Part shown: one piece after another, positions 1-13,760 of the stretch | Layout of the letters: each line of letters opens with the position of its first letter | How positions within the stretch are numbered: position 1 is the stretch's first letter | NCBI GenBank assembly: GCA_015680685.1 | Contig: MNCI01001941.1 | Span: 802,834 to 866,833 of the forward strand | Length of the DNA: 64,000 nucleotides | Source of the DNA: Gnetum montanum | Lineage: Eukaryota > Plantae > Gnetophyta | Reading direction: 5' to 3' | Made by a program: the position numbers and the translations under genes | Notes under the pieces: generated by a model | What the model was told of the DNA's origin: nothing | The model's database searches: none | What the model saw: the letters and a program-made list of their open reading frames with translations, nothing else

Positions 1-329
1 TCCATGCTATCAACATAGGCTTACTCTAGCCCCTCAGACAGTTCCATGCATAATGTGCTGCTATTAGGATCAGCTGTCAACTACTGGGTTCCCTCTTTAA
101 TAGTGACTATTGTGTACAAGCACTATTGAATAGGTGATTCCTTAGTATACTGACTGCATGCCTAAATGGATAGCCACTTAGCAAACCATAACTACTGCAC
201 ACAGTTGCACCCCGAGTCACTATACATGATGCATGGAACTCTTTTCTTCTCAATTTTCCCGAAAGGATTTTCCTTTGAAATTTCCAAGGACAGATCTTGG
301 AGTCCTAGTCATGCATCCACATGCTTAGC

Positions 330-2300
330 CATGCTCCTCCCATAATGATTGGAAAGTTCCCCTTACAATTCTCTACACGGATGACCAGGAAATCAATAAG
401 GTAGGACCACCCACAAATGGTTGTCACAATGTCCTCCACCAAACCCAAGGGAACAATGATGGACTAGTCTGCTAACTTGAGCCAGATGTTGCTCTTCTTT
501 AGTGGGGGAAGGTTCCAGTTCTTATACGTACCATGAGAGATCAAATTAACCCTTAACCCTGAGTCTAGAAGAGCTTTACACGGCTCGTTCCTAGCTACTT
601 AAAGATAAATTAGGGCGCTTCCTGGATCTGTCAATCTCTGGGAAAGAGAACTTACTTTGATCTAGTCGATCATCACATGTGTGAGCATGATTGTCTAGAC
701 GTTGGAGTGTGGTAGAGTGGAGGACTGCTTGGGCGATATGATGGTAGAGGCGTTGGTAGGTTCAGAGGCACTAGCCATAGGCATAGGTGAGGGTGTGTTT
801 AGATTATTATTGGGTCAGAAAAAAGGATGTTTGTGTTGTTTGGGTTCTGGTCCACTTGACTAAGGTGCCGATCGTAAGTTAACAACCCTCGTAGCATTTC
901 TTTGTTGTGGATGTGGTGGCATGTCTCCATGCATGGATGGAGCAGGTGGAAACTGAGTGGGATGGTGTGGAGGAGTGATAGAGGAAGGTGACGGAGGGTA
1001 GAAGAGGTGTGGATTTGTCCCCCTAGGTGATGGAGATGGATGTCTAAAATATTCAAGGGGATGGTAGTAACTGGGAAAGGCCGCATGATTGGAAGAGTCT
1101 CTTGGAGAGACCGATTGTTGAAAATAGTACCCATAAGGATCTGATTTCTTGTAAGGGTACTACTGCCTTGGAGGTGGCATCCCTCATACTTGTGGTTGCT
1201 GCCACTATTGGAAGTATTCATACGATTGTAGGGGAGTTCCACTTGGATAATATCCTTGTTGTTGCTAGTGGGATCACCTAGGGTTTTCTTGTGGATAAGG
1301 AAACCTTCAGAGTATCTGCCACTGTGCCAAACGAGGGTTCAAGGCATACACCCCAGACTTTTGAAGGTGTGACACCATAGGACAACATGTCTTAGGATGC
1401 TCATATTGGCATACGCCACATCCATCATCCTCCTTGATGTCAGAGTCTGCAACTTGCTCTGCTACAACAACTTTTCCCTTACCCTTATGTAGGGCATGTT
1501 CAGCTCCCTTCTTCCTGCGCCGATCACAGTCACTACCCTGTTCTTTGGACTCTTCTGCAATTTTCAATACACTTTGTAATTTCTCATCCAAAGAGTCCCA
1601 CATTTTATCCACCTTTGCCAATATTTTAGATGCAATCTTTTGTAATGGCAAAGTCTTTCGATTCACTGCTGCCTCCAGTGGTCACTCATCCTCCTCATCA
1701 CAAAATCAGACCTCCCTCTTCCTGAGGAAAGGGTCCTGGTTGAATTCTTCTACACTCTCCTTTTTTCTAAGTTCTCCTTCTTCCTTGGCCACCTGATCAA
1801 TGAGGCGTTGTAACTGATGGGCCCTAAGCTCCGATAGTCATCCCTTGACATACACACCAAGGGTCTTTCATGTTTCAAAACAAAGCCCATCAATAATGTG
1901 GCGAAGTTGTGCCCACTGAGAGTAACCATGACCAGGGCACCAATGTAACAATGAGTGATACCTGCTCATGGCAGCATCCAAGGGTTCATGATTCCATTGT
2001 TTCCATCCTTAGATCTACTGTCTCAGATTCACCACTCTAGAGTATGTTTGATTATTGTCATTAAAGATTTCAAGCATCGTACTCCATCTTCTGATTGATT
2101 CCGACTCTAAGGACTGGTACCAACTTTCAGCTTCTTTGATGAGTGTGCGAGGGAATAGCTTCAACCGTTGCCAATCATTATCAATGTTTTGTAGGATGCA
2201 GGAATCATGGAACACCTGTAGGTGGGTCTATGGATCACAGTTGTATCCCCCTTCAAATCTGGGGATGTTGTTCATATCAACATGCTTGATCTGACTATCC
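330..2300 (-). pseudogene. Athila-type gag and aspartic protease (stops, frameshifts)
   Basis: RLKLFPRTLIKEAESWYQSL..SI..W (2015-2215); CGVCQYEHPKTCCP knuckle (1307-1666); KALLDSG..VNLI, LKLAD*SI..PLGLVEDI and PIIMGGAWL at ~580-330. Confidence 0.85.
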
Positions 2301-3301
2301 TTCATGTGCCTACTTGGGATGTGAACTACCTCTACAATTTGGAGCATGCTCCGAGTAGCTAACAATGGCTCGTCCGAATCATAGTCTTGTTGGGGACTAT
2401 GACGTCTGTGACGATTTTGACTACCCCTTCTTTCATGCTAGAGAGGGCCACACAATTGGACGTGGGCTTCCTCACATTGCCCCCTTCAAACCTGTTTACC
2501 ACTGTCCTTTCTCTCTAGCTTTCCTATGTTATGCTCAGAGCCTGAGCTTGATGAAGGTGAAGGAGGACGGAGAAGAAGGAGAGGCATCACCACCGCTCTA
2601 GCGACGATCTCCTCATATACCCTGGCAGTGGCCGTGGTCATCTCCTCTAGCTTCACTATGTGACCCACCAACCCCTTGAGGATTATGGTCACTTGGAGGT
2701 TTGTTCTAAATGACTAACTGGAGGATCTATGGCCCTAGGTGAAGTTCGATCAAATGGGTATAATGAAATATGGGATCCCTGTCATCTTTTAGCCCTTGTA
2801 AGAATAAGGGGTTGGTGAATTGCTTCCCCTTCTACTGTTCATATCTCTTTGCCTACCGCTGATCTCTTGTCGGTTGAGCGTCCATAGGATGATAGTCTCG
2901 GTAGTCATGGTCCGCAATCACATACTCCGCCACCTACTCCTAGATGCCCAATCTACCCAAATTATGATATAGCATTGTAGGAGCTGCTCAGTCGGGTGGT
3001 AGCACGATGCTACCCTCCATGTTCCACCATCGAAGATGCTCATCCTAATGTAGGATGAATGTGAAATCAGGGACATATTCATTAGGATGTTTGTACACCA
3101 CCCAACATTCTTGCGGCATCAATGGTTCAAATGCATCTCTCCTGTGAGAAGACATGTTGGACGTTAGATGGTCCATATAATCGATGTACCTTACGATTAA
3201 CTTAAGTTCGCCTAACATGCGTAAATATTTCTACCCTGGGTCTGTTCCAACAACTTAAATGATAATTTCACTAAGGTCAGAGGACGCATGTAAGACTAAT
3301 A

Positions 3302-3316
3302 GTCCCTGGCAACGGT
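3302..3316 (-). promoter_or_regulatory. Primer-binding site (Athila type)
   Basis: Minus strand ACCGTTGCCAGGGAC next to the LTR resembles TGGCGCCGTTGCCGGGGA. Confidence 0.65.
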
Positions 3317-3318
3317 GT

Positions 3319-4244
3319 TGATGATGAGCGGCTAGGTATCCCTACGCCCAACCATACGAATCATGAGAATTCACACGCAACTCAGTCGAAATTTGCAGAC
3401 TGTAAGCGCTTAACATACACCAGAATTCTAACTAGTGAAACCTTGGGTTAGAACAATCGTTATCATCCTAATCTCACTTGTGAAGTTTTGTTTACGTTGG
3501 TTAAGTGAGATTAAGGCTGATGATTTTTATACCTTTTTAATTATCTTTTTGGTAACTAATCATTTTGGAAAATAAGGATAGAATATTAATTAATCTAAAA
3601 ATTATCTTAATCTAAATCTTAACTATTCCTAACATAAGTATTTGGTCCCATCTTCCGAGCATGTTCTAAGCATCTCCTAACACTTTTGGGTTACCATACG
3701 TTAAGTGTCACTAGGCTTACCAAGTGTTTGGGTTACGTTCGAGATGGTCACACTTATGTCTTTAACGAACTATGAATGAACAATAACGATTGAAATTATA
3801 ATAATGAAAACATAAGTAATTAAAATGTAACTAATAAAGCATAAACAAGTAATTAATAAAGCATAAACATATTAAACTATTAAATGCATGAAATAACTAA
3901 GTCCAAATGTTGCAAGGAATGCTTGAACAGTTCGTCTTTATTGCCATCACGCCAATGGGCTCAAATACATCAACACTCGAATAAAGATCCGATCACTTTT
4001 CTTACACCTACTATGGACACTTGGAAAATATTCTATCTCTTGTGGGAACAAACTACAATAGCTTCACTACAACTACTCAAAAAGATGGCTAAATGAGGCG
4101 GAAGGCCCTCATATTTGTAGGCCGGGAAGGGTGGCTGTGTAAATGGGGCCACGTTGATGCAGGGAGGCTACGTCAAAGGGCCTGCATCGACGTGGCTGCA
4201 TATACGTGGCCCAGTCAATGCATTGACTAAATGACACTTCATCA
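3319..4244 (-). repeat. 5' LTR of the Athila-like element (~926 bp)
   Basis: Minus strand starts TGATGAAG at 4244 and ends TCATCATCA at 3319. Homology to the 9519 region starts abruptly at 4245. Confidence 0.8.
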
Positions 4245-4865
4245 CTATCCAACTAGAAGACAATAGAGCACAAAAGATTGTGTGCCCAATAGATAGTTAC
4301 AACTTCCTCCTTTTATAATAATGTTATATAAGATAATAAGTAAGAGGTTGGAAGCATCTTGGAATATTTGATACCTATAAACTTTCCCACTTCTAAGAGA
4401 CAATGAATTACCAAAAATGACATTACAAAATTCATCTTGAAAAACTATAATTACATCTTTGATGAAGATATCACTCATGGAATGTATATTAACCCTATGT
4501 ACCTTAGAGATGGAAATCCCAAGAATAGCATTCACTACTTGGGGTGAATCCCCAATCACAATTTGTCCAAAAATAGAAGTAAAGGCCCCAACAACAACAT
4601 TAGTAATAGCAATATTACAATAGAGTTCTATGTTTAATATTTCAAGCATACAATAAGTCATAGAAATATTTGAAGCCCAACCAATAGCTTAGAAGAATGC
4701 CATTAATTCCTTTTGACTACACTGCTAAAAACTAAGATAATGGAGATAGAACAAGTTATCTCAAACTAATGCAAAGCATCTATAGAATAAAATTGAGGCT
4801 GATATATGATTGTCTTGCTTTTTGAAGCTCCCTTTGTGCTTTTTCGCTTGTGAATAGGCACCCTT
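4245..4865 (-). pseudogene. Env-like / putative plant transposon protein ORF, copy 1
   Basis: ORF 4245-4661 is paralogous to ORF 9519-9932; LF*AIGW, ELYCN, VNAILG and LYNIIIKGG motifs. Confidence 0.65.
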
Positions 4866-5480
4866 GATGTACCAATCTTCTTGTGTATCATAAATTTAAG
4901 TAAGGATCATAAGAAATGGACTAGAAATGTAGCTAGGAGGAAGCCTTTGTTAACTACATTGGGATGTCCAAGGTTTGTAAGACATGAAATGTGAAGAAAA
5001 AATTGATATGGTTTATATTATCAATTTCATAGTGAGGGTTTTCTCACAAGTTAAGACATCCCACATAGAAGTGGGACATGTCAGTGATGGATCTATTATC
5101 AATGGGACATTCAAGAATTGAATAAGATGTTCTAGGTGGGACATTTCACAAAATGGTGGGACATCCAAACATAAATTTGGCTCTTTAGGCAAGGGTTATT
5201 TGAAGAGAATGAGGATTCTAGGGAATATTACCAAGGATAACAATAATTATAAAATTATGCTAAAATGCAAGTCTAGAAAGTTTCATATAATTACTTACGT
5301 ATACTTACCTTGCTTACTTTTTTGAGTGTGTGATGCTCACATAGATTTAAAGTGAGGTTATCACTTCAGAGTCCCTCCACTATGATCAATAAAAATCTCT
5401 TCTATCCCATATGTTTGGTCTCCCTTTGTAAAAGTATTTATTGCTTGATTTATAAGATAAGTGTATGTTCTTTTTTCCTC
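4245..5480 (-). mobile_element. Internal fragment of the SIRE-like copia family (copy 1), cut by the Athila-like insertion
   Basis: Colinear with ~9520-10770. Confidence 0.85.
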
Positions 5481-5969
5481 ATAGATAGAAATTCATGATT
5501 TGGTCTAGTTTCCTAGAGAGGAAGAGAAGATCATCTAGCAGATTACAATGGAATGAAGAAGATGACTATGAAGAAGAATAGGCTATTATTAATGTAGTAG
5601 TTTTTAATATGTTAAGTTATGGATCTTTGAGATGCCCAAGAAGGTTTAGCCCATGTAAGACTATTCAACTAGTAAAATTCTCATAAGACTTAGCATCACT
5701 AACAAAAAAAGGTAGGTATTATAAGGATGTGGCCAAAGAAATAAAAATAAATAATAATAATAAGTCATTATGAAGAAAAAATTTGTAACAATATTAAAAG
5801 ACACCAAGAATGACTACAAAATGTAGAAAATGTGATCGTGAAAGATGTATAATGATGAGATATTTATACAATAAGTTATGTATTAAGATTAATTATAACA
5901 TAAATGATTCTTAGATAATTAGAATTATCCCAGAGACATAAAACTAAACTCTAATATGGTATCAAAGCC
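5481..5969 (+). mobile_element. LTR fragment with tRNA-Met PBS (probably copia)
   Basis: CTCTAATA (decayed ..AACA) followed by TGGTATCAAAGCC at 5957-5969. Left boundary uncertain. Confidence 0.5.
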
Positions 5970-6005
5970 AACCAATAGTTAGTTCTAATAGTATATTTTG
6001 CAACA

Positions 6006-6903
6006 TGAGTGGAGTAGGGTCACTCCATTTGCTTTGACCCTTCAAACACACATAAAATCCAAAATATATGAAGATAATTCAATTTTCTAGAAAACAAGAA
6101 AAAGTAGCTATTTTTAATCAACATAAAAAATAATTTAAAATCATTGGTTTGACAGCCCACAACATCACAAATCACTCACATATACTTAATAATATTGCAA
6201 AGCATGAGGCTTTACAATCACATAATGATTGTTCTCAATACAAGGCATGGCTTAAAGAGATATCTTTCACTAACACATGAATGAAATCCAAACATCACAC
6301 GCAAAGTGAAAGAATGGTCAAAATATAAATTTGACCATAGAAATGCACACCCACCTATACAATCACTTTCAACAAGCTCTCATGTGCTTAACTCTCCATC
6401 TGATCATCAAAACATGAAACACATAATATAATTTATTAAATTTAAGATTAAAAACCTACAAAAAATTCTCCATTCTCAACTTGGATATTACAAACTATTT
6501 TTATCTTATTCCCAACTTTTCTAGATATTTTCAAAATTGGAGTTACTAACTTGGAATTTTTCGTAGTCATACAAGACATCTATATGCTTGACAAGATGTC
6601 TTTGTCTCATCAAAGATTCCTCTTATTACAATGAGAAACCTTCTCCTAGGATGAAACATCTATCCAAAGATGTCTCCTATATAATAGAGATATCCCTTAA
6701 TTAGATGAATTGTCTTCTCATCTAACAAGACATCTCCTCCTCTTAATATGATTTCTCTTATCAATTCCTATCTCTTAGCAAAGATATCTTTCTAACCTCT
6801 AAGATGCCTTTTTATCTTCATAAAAATTTCAGTTAATCACCTATATAGATGAAAATGAAACCCAAAAGAGATATCCCAACCCTTTAAAAAGTAAACTTAC
6901 ATT
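6006..6903 (-). repeat. LTR fragment of the CRM-like family (same family as 54743-55565)
   Basis: Colinear with 54743-55565, e.g. AATATATGAAGATAATTCAATTT at ~6063 and ~54802. Confidence 0.8.
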
Positions 6904-8104
6904 TGAGAATTGAGAACTTAGAAGGAAGGTTGAATAAATTTCCCAAATCACACAACTAAGATAATCAAAACTACAAATTAATTTACATGGTTTTCCAACT
7001 TGGATATGTCCACACTCAAAGTGCAGAATTCTTGCACACCTCTAGACTTTGTTCCTTCAAATAGTATTTTAAAGTACATCATAACCTTGATAATGTTTAA
7101 GCTATGCTTAAAGTGTTTTGTCATTGTAAACACACTCAACCCCGCAAGGTCCCAACAAGCTCAAAATGGGATTTCTTAGGATTCTAAAACCTTTACAAAG
7201 ATGTAAGCTTCACTCAGAGTGTTTTCATGCTAGAGACATACTCAATCCTATAAGATCCCAACAAGCTTACAAGATTCCTTCTCACAAGAATCCCATCAAC
7301 CCTGTTGGGCTATAAAGATAGAAAAAGAATCAAGTAGAGCATGTAACTATCTGTACAAATTCCTTGCACTCAGGCACACATACAATAATTCAAAATTGAT
7401 GGGAAAATTAGGAACAAAGATAATTCACTTGATAAACAGTAATGGGATTAATCAATAAATAGTGCTTGTACATTTCCCAAGAATTTCACTTTGTTTTTTA
7501 GCCTTTTACGTTCCATCTCCTTCTTGGAATTGATGCAACAACTAGGAAATAACTAGTTGGGATGTCCCATTCATGCTTGGGATAGCTATTTATAAACAAT
7601 TATCATTCCTATGGAACATCCCATAGAAAATTGGAATATCTCACTTGGGACATCCTAGCTATGATGTCCTAGATCCAATTGGGACATTTGTTATTAATTA
7701 ATTGGAAAATTTCATCTATAATTGCACTTGGAACTCTGGGACATTCTTCTAACATTTGGGCCATCTTGGTAGATCTTTAAAAAAATTTTTTGGCTTGTAT
7801 ACTTCATTTATTAAGACTTTTTTTTTTGTCTCATATCAACATCCTAGCCCTTTTTTTTATCATCCCAACTCTCATTTGTCATCCTAGCTCTTGTTTTGTC
7901 ATCATAGCTCTTGTCTTGATAACTAAGCTCTCATTTTGGTACTGTGAAGTTCTTGTCTTTACACCAATAAGTTCTTGTTACAATCTTGTCACTTTAAAGC
8001 TCATGATTTTGCTCTTTTCAAACTCTTCCTTAGCCCTACAAGACCACAAGAACATTTTCGACATTCTACATTTTCTAAGATTTTGACATACCAAAAAGTT
8101 AACA
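6904..8104 (-). repeat. 3' LTR of the SIRE-like element
   Basis: TGAG..AACA termini; matches 12424-13405; adjacent PPT-like tract. Confidence 0.75.
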
Positions 8105-8559
8105 ATATTCCTCTTCTTAGTGATGTTAAAAACTTAAGAAAATGTGTTATTGCATTCCATAATATCATATGATTGAGAAATTTAAAGCACATTTGTATAT
8201 ATATATATGTATATATATTCATTAATCATCCTATGATATAAGGAAAAGAAAAGGAAAAGAGATGAAGCATTAAACGATGCATATCCATTAGCTGAAATCA
8301 TAAGGTAACACAAGAAAATGGTAAAATCAAAAACTATCCAATGACTATCCATCTAGGCATGATGCAAGCATAAACTATATATATACTTTATATATATATT
8401 ACAAGCTATTCCTAATCAAAAAACTACACAAATCATGACAACATGTGTCCATATAACTGTCCACAATAGTATCTCCTCCACAAGTATATAACAATAGCCA
8501 CAAAAAATCTTTCCTTTTTTAGGACATCACCCAAAAGGAGGGGATCATGAAATGCCTCT

Positions 8560-10148
8560 AATCACTAACCTCTATATCATTATCATCCTCATCAAAGCTA
8601 GCCTTTCCACAAGTGAACCAATAAGTATCTTCATCATCATCATCACTACTGGTACTGAAGCTAAAGACCTTCTATTTATCATCATTGGAAATAGATACTA
8701 TGATTGGAGCTCTTCAGGGATCAAGCTTTATCCAAAATCTTAATGATGAATGGAAAGAATATGAAGCCTATTAGAAAGAATAAGAAGTATCCTTCTATTG
8801 ATAAGTTTTAGGAGCAACTTACTCCCAATAAGCTATGGCACCAAAAATGCTTTTCATTACTTATTGCTCAAAAGATTCAGAAACATCCTCTTGTAAGTAT
8901 GAACTCAGTTCAAGCCAATCAGGATTAAGAATAGGCTCTCCATAGATACATGTAGGTGATGTGGCAAGATAATCAAAATTAGATCCATTTCTCAAAGCAT
9001 ACCCTTGAGGTGGACCAGCTATAGTAGAATGACTAGCTAGAGCTAGAATATCCTCATCATCATCTAAGAAATGAGGAGTAGTAATCTCCTTAAACTACTA
9101 CCATTTGAAGTGGGTGATAGGCCTCCTACATCCATTCACTTATGCAAGTAAGAGAGATTTTATCTAATAATCCCTAAGATTTTTCCAAAGGGTTTTAACA
9201 CCTTTGTTAACACTGACATCACCTTTACACATACAAATTTTGATCTTTTAAGCTAAGGAGAGATCCTAGATTGAGATTTTGCTTACTTCCTTCTTGCCTT
9301 CAGAGGTGGAGAATCTGTGGCTTAAAAATCTACAAGTGTGATCCTCATCTTCTCTAAAAACTCTATAAGACTTCTCTTCCCCTTAAGAAGAGGCATATTA
9401 GGGATAGGAACACCTGCCTATACAATGAACTAATAAGAAGATGCTTTCCATAAACCTTTCCTATAGTAAATAAACCTAGCATGTCCTTATAAAAAATGTG
9501 TTCCAAGTATGATTATTACTAAATTAGAAGAAAATAGAGCACAAATGCTTGTATGGGTAATAGATAGTTATAGCTTCCTCCTTTTATAATAATGTTATAT
9601 AAGACAATAAGTGAGATTGTGGAAGCATCTTGGAATATTTTACACCTATAAACATTCCCAATTCTAAGAGAAAATGAATTACCAAAAATGACATTACAAA
9701 ATTCATCTTGAAAAACTATAATTACATCATTGGTGAAGATATCACTCATGGAATGTATATAAACCATATGTACCTCAAAGATGGAAATCCCAAGGATAGC
9801 ATTTACTATTTGGGGTAAAACCTCAATTACAATTTTCCTAACAATAGAAGTAAAAGCCCTAATAGTAACATTAGTAATAGCAATATTACAATATAGTTCT
9901 ATGTTTAATATCTTAGGTTCACAATAAATCATAGAAATAATTGAAGCCCATCCAATAGCTTAGAATAATGTCATTAATTCATTTTGACAATACTGCTAAA
10001 AACTAAGATTTCTTTTAGAGCCAATGGAGATAGAATGAGTTATCTCAAACTAATGTAGAGCATATATAGAATGAAATTGAGGTTGATATATGTTTATCTT
10101 GATTCTTGAAGCTTACATTGTGCTTTTTCCTTTGTGAGGAGGCACCAT
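8560..10148 (-). pseudogene. Env-like / putative plant transposon protein ORF, copy 2, with acidic C-terminus
   Basis: Starts MVPPHKGKS at 10148; core ORF 9519-9932; acidic tail SSDDDDEDTY..DEDDNDIE near 8560-8650. Confidence 0.6.
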
Positions 10149-10899
10149 TGATGTACCAATATTCTTGTGTATCATAAGTTTATGTAAGGATTGTAAGAAA
10201 TGGACTAATAAATGTAGCTAGGAGGAAGCTCTTGTTAACTACGCTAGGATTTCCAAAGTTTTTGAGACATCAAATGTGAAGAAAAAATTGATTTGATTTA
10301 TATAATCGACTCCATAGTGAGATTTTTCTCACAACTTATACATCCCACCTATAAGTGGGACATCTCACTAGTGATGAACCTATTATCAATGGAATGTCCA
10401 AGAATTGAATAAGATGTCCTAAGTGGGACAACTTACAAAAAGGTGGGACATTCGAACATAAATTTGGCTCTTCAAGAAAGAGTTATTTGACAAGAATGAG
10501 GATTATAGGGAATACTACCAAGGACAATAGTTATTATAAAACTATGCTAAAAATGCAGGTCAAGAAAATTTCTTACAATTACTTATCTATACTTACCTTA
10601 CTTACTCTTGTGAGGGTGTGATTCTTTTGTTTATTTAAAGTGAGGTTCTCTCTTCAGAGTACCTCATCTATGATCAATAAAAATCTCATGTATCCCATAT
10701 TTTTGGTTTTCCTTTGTAAAATTATTTGTTGTTTGATTTATAATATAAGTATATGTTCTCTATTCCTCCTTCTTCTATTTGATTCTCCATACTTCTTTGA
10801 GCTGTAAGGTATTCTTTCTAGGAACTCTGAATAAGACTAAGAAATCATATTATATGACCAAGTATTCATGTGATAATGTTTTATTTTAAATGAAAATAT

Positions 10900-12366
10900 G
10901 AGTGTTCATGTCCAAACTTATCCTAATAATAGCACTTAATTTGTCTTACTTAGGCAAGATGATCAAAACTTATAGTCCCATTTGAATGAAGTTCTTGGGA
11001 AGTTCTAAATTTCTTACTAGCTTCCTAATCCACTTTTGTCATGTGGATCTCTTCCTTGTACAAGTCTCTCATTTATAAGCTTTGTATCTCCAAGATCTTT
11101 TCCAGTCTACTCACATGAGGATGTTAGTTTTTGATTCTCATCCCTTAGACCTAAGGTTTCTTATGAGAGATTTAAATATTTTTGATTGATTTTGGATAAT
11201 TCTAAATCTTTATCATTTAAGGCTTTCTTCAACTTAATGCATATGCTTTGAAAATATATAATTTCATTACATAGTAAGACATACATTTCTTTAATAGTTA
11301 CTTTGGGTTCTTCAGTTTCCATCACTAAATTTTCATCAACAAGAGCCATACATATAAGATTTGATTTTGAGGAGGTATCATTGATTTCATCTTTACTTTG
11401 TTCATTATCATAGCTTTTATAGAGATTTTTCTTTTTTGTATCAGCTTCTAATTGGTCCTTCTTTGCAAACTTGTCAACACATGAACTTTCAAAGGCCACA
11501 TGACCTCTACCATCATAAACCCAACATTCTATAGAGGATGCATCAAGATTTCAACTTTTAAAATTCTTACCTCTTTTCTTACCTTTGGTGTCAAATTGGT
11601 TGAAGATTTTTCCTTTTCTTGCAAGTAATCTTTGCATTCTCCTTAACAAGAAAGATAATTCATCCTCACTATTCACTTCATGTTCAAGTGGCTTCTTCTC
11701 CTTTGATGAACTTTTAAGGGCAATAGTATTTTCTTTGATTGCACCTTCACTAATGAGATTCATCTCATAGGGAAAAACTACATGTTGTAGCTCTTCAAAT
11801 TATAGGACTAAAAAATCTCTAATTTTCTCCATAGTTGTTACCTTAGGTTTGAATTCAGGCTACAAGATTCTTATCATTTTGATGATAAAATCACTTTCAA
11901 GTAGAATCTTATCCATTTCTTTGATGGCTATAACAAGATCATTAGCTCTTTAAAAGTAGTCTTTAATTTTCTCTCCTTCTTTCATTTTCAATATATTGTA
12001 CTCACTTTGAAAAACTAGAAGCTTTGATTATTTTATAACTGATGTACCTTCATATGTTACTTCTACCATTTTCCAAATTTCTTTAGTAGTTTTACATCTA
12101 GATACTCTATTAAATTTTGATTTACTCAAGGCATAATAATTTTTTACTTTTGAATTGAACATGAACTTATATTTTTCATCTTGTGTCCATTTGCTTCTTG
12201 GCTTGGTAGCTCTTGTGGTGTTGTCTATGGATGTCATGTATCCTTCAAGAATGGGCTCCCAAAGTTTGAACTCCATGGATTTGGAAAATCCTTCCATTCT
12301 AGCCTTCTAATACATGAATTCAATTCCATTAATCATTAGTGGCTTGGTATATGATGTCCCTTTCAT
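10900..12366 (-). pseudogene. Copia gag (UBN2-type) with decayed zinc knuckle
   Basis: MKGTSYTKPLMINGIEFMY*KARMEGF..LW..ILEG; FNRVSRCKTTKEIW..EVTYEGTS; IALKS; ECWVYDGRGHVAFES; ICMAL. Confidence 0.85.
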
Positions 12367-12423
12367 TGTTCACTCTTGAGATGTAAAGCTTCAAACTTGA
12401 GAGTACTGGGCTTCAATATCACT

Positions 12424-13405
12424 TGAGTACTAAGAACTTAGAAGGGGGGTTGAATAAGTTCCCCAAATCAAACCACAAAAACATTTATGTGGTTGTCCAA
12501 CTTGGGTATGTCGACACTTGAAGGGTAGAATCCTTACACATATTCAAACTTCATTCCTTCAAAACTTGGTCTAAATGACACTACAACCTTTAGAATGTTT
12601 GAGCTTTGCTCAGAGTGTTTTGTCACTACAAACACACTCTACCTCACAAGGCCCCAATAAGTTCAAAATGTAATTTCAAAGATCCCACAACCTTCACAAA
12701 GATGTAATCTACACTCAGAGTGTTTTCACGCTGGAAACATAATCAACCCCACAAGGTTCCAACAAGCTTACAAGATGCCTTCTTGCAAGAAGCACATCAA
12801 TCCCATAGGGATACAAATAGAGAAAAAGAATCAAGGAGATAATGTAACTCACTTTACAAATTCCTTGCACTTAGGCACACATACAACAATTTACAAATGA
12901 TGGAAAAATAAGGAATAAAGATAATTCACTTAATATACAATAATGGGATTGATCAATGAATAGTGCTTGTATGTTTCCCAAGAATTCCATTTTGTTTTAT
13001 AGCCTTTTACTTTTGAAATCCTCCTTGGAATTCATACAATGTCTAGGAAATGGCTAATTGGAATATTCCATTCATGCTTGAAATATTTATCTAAAAACAT
13101 CCTTCATTTAGGTGGGATGTATCATAGAAAATTAAGATGTCTCACTTGGAACATTAGAGTAGAAACTAGAAAGTTTCTTATTTATTTAGGACATCTAGCC
13201 TACAATTGGACTTTGAACTCTGATACATTCTTATAAAATTTACATCATCTTATTAGATCTCAAAAGGTCTTCTTTTGGCTTATAGACTTCATTTTCTAAT
13301 TAATACTTTGTGTCATCTTAGATTAGTATCCTAGCTCTCATTTTCCATCCCATATCTTATTTTTCATCCTAGCTCTCATTTTGTCATCCTAGCTCTCATC
13401 TCAAC
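12424..13405 (-). repeat. 5' LTR of the SIRE-like element (truncated)
   Basis: Matches 6904-~7915; PBS-like GCTTCAATATCA is adjacent. Confidence 0.8.
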
Positions 13406-13760
13406 TAAGGATCAAGACCTTAGAAGGAGGGTTAAATAAGTTCACCAAAATAAAATTTCACTAGCCACATGAACACACCAAATTTTACATCATTCCCCAA
13501 CTGGGTATGTACACACTCTAAGGATAGAATCCATGTACATATTTGGACTTTATTTCTTCAAAAATGTGGTTTAGAGGACACCATAACTTTTACAAGATTT
13601 GAGCTCCATTGTGGAGAGTTTCATTGCTATGAAACTTCTCAACCTTGCAAGGTTCCAAAAGCTCAAAATATGGTTCAAAGGACACCACACCCTATCCAAG
13701 CTCTAAGATCTACTTCAAAGTGTTAAATTGTAGCAAAACCACTCAATCCTACAAGGTCCC
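13406..13760 (-). repeat. Fragment of a related SIRE-like LTR
   Basis: Begins CTTAGAAGGAGGGTTAAATAAG like the LTRs at 6904 and 12424; cut at 13760 by element A. Confidence 0.7.

Larger units (their letters stand above)
1..4244 (-). mobile_element. Athila-like Ty3/gypsy LTR retrotransposon, 5' portion (5' LTR, PBS, gag-protease); continues off the left edge
   Basis: LTR with TGATGA..TCATCA termini, PBS-like CCGTTGCCAGGGAC, gag core and protease motifs. Retains many more CpGs than neighbouring DNA. Confidence 0.85.
6904..13405 (-). mobile_element. Non-autonomous SIRE-like Ty1/copia element: LTR-PBS-gag-env-like ORF-PPT-LTR, no pol
   Basis: Homologous LTRs starting at 6904 and 12424; decayed Met PBS at 12410-12421; copia gag; PPT-like tracts at ~8105-8120 and ~8507-8520. 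The 5' LTR is interrupted at ~13405. Confidence 0.8.

Noticed and set aside
799-1242. His/Leu-rich 147-aa protein
   Set aside because: Probably an off-frame reading of the Pro-rich gag-PR linker.
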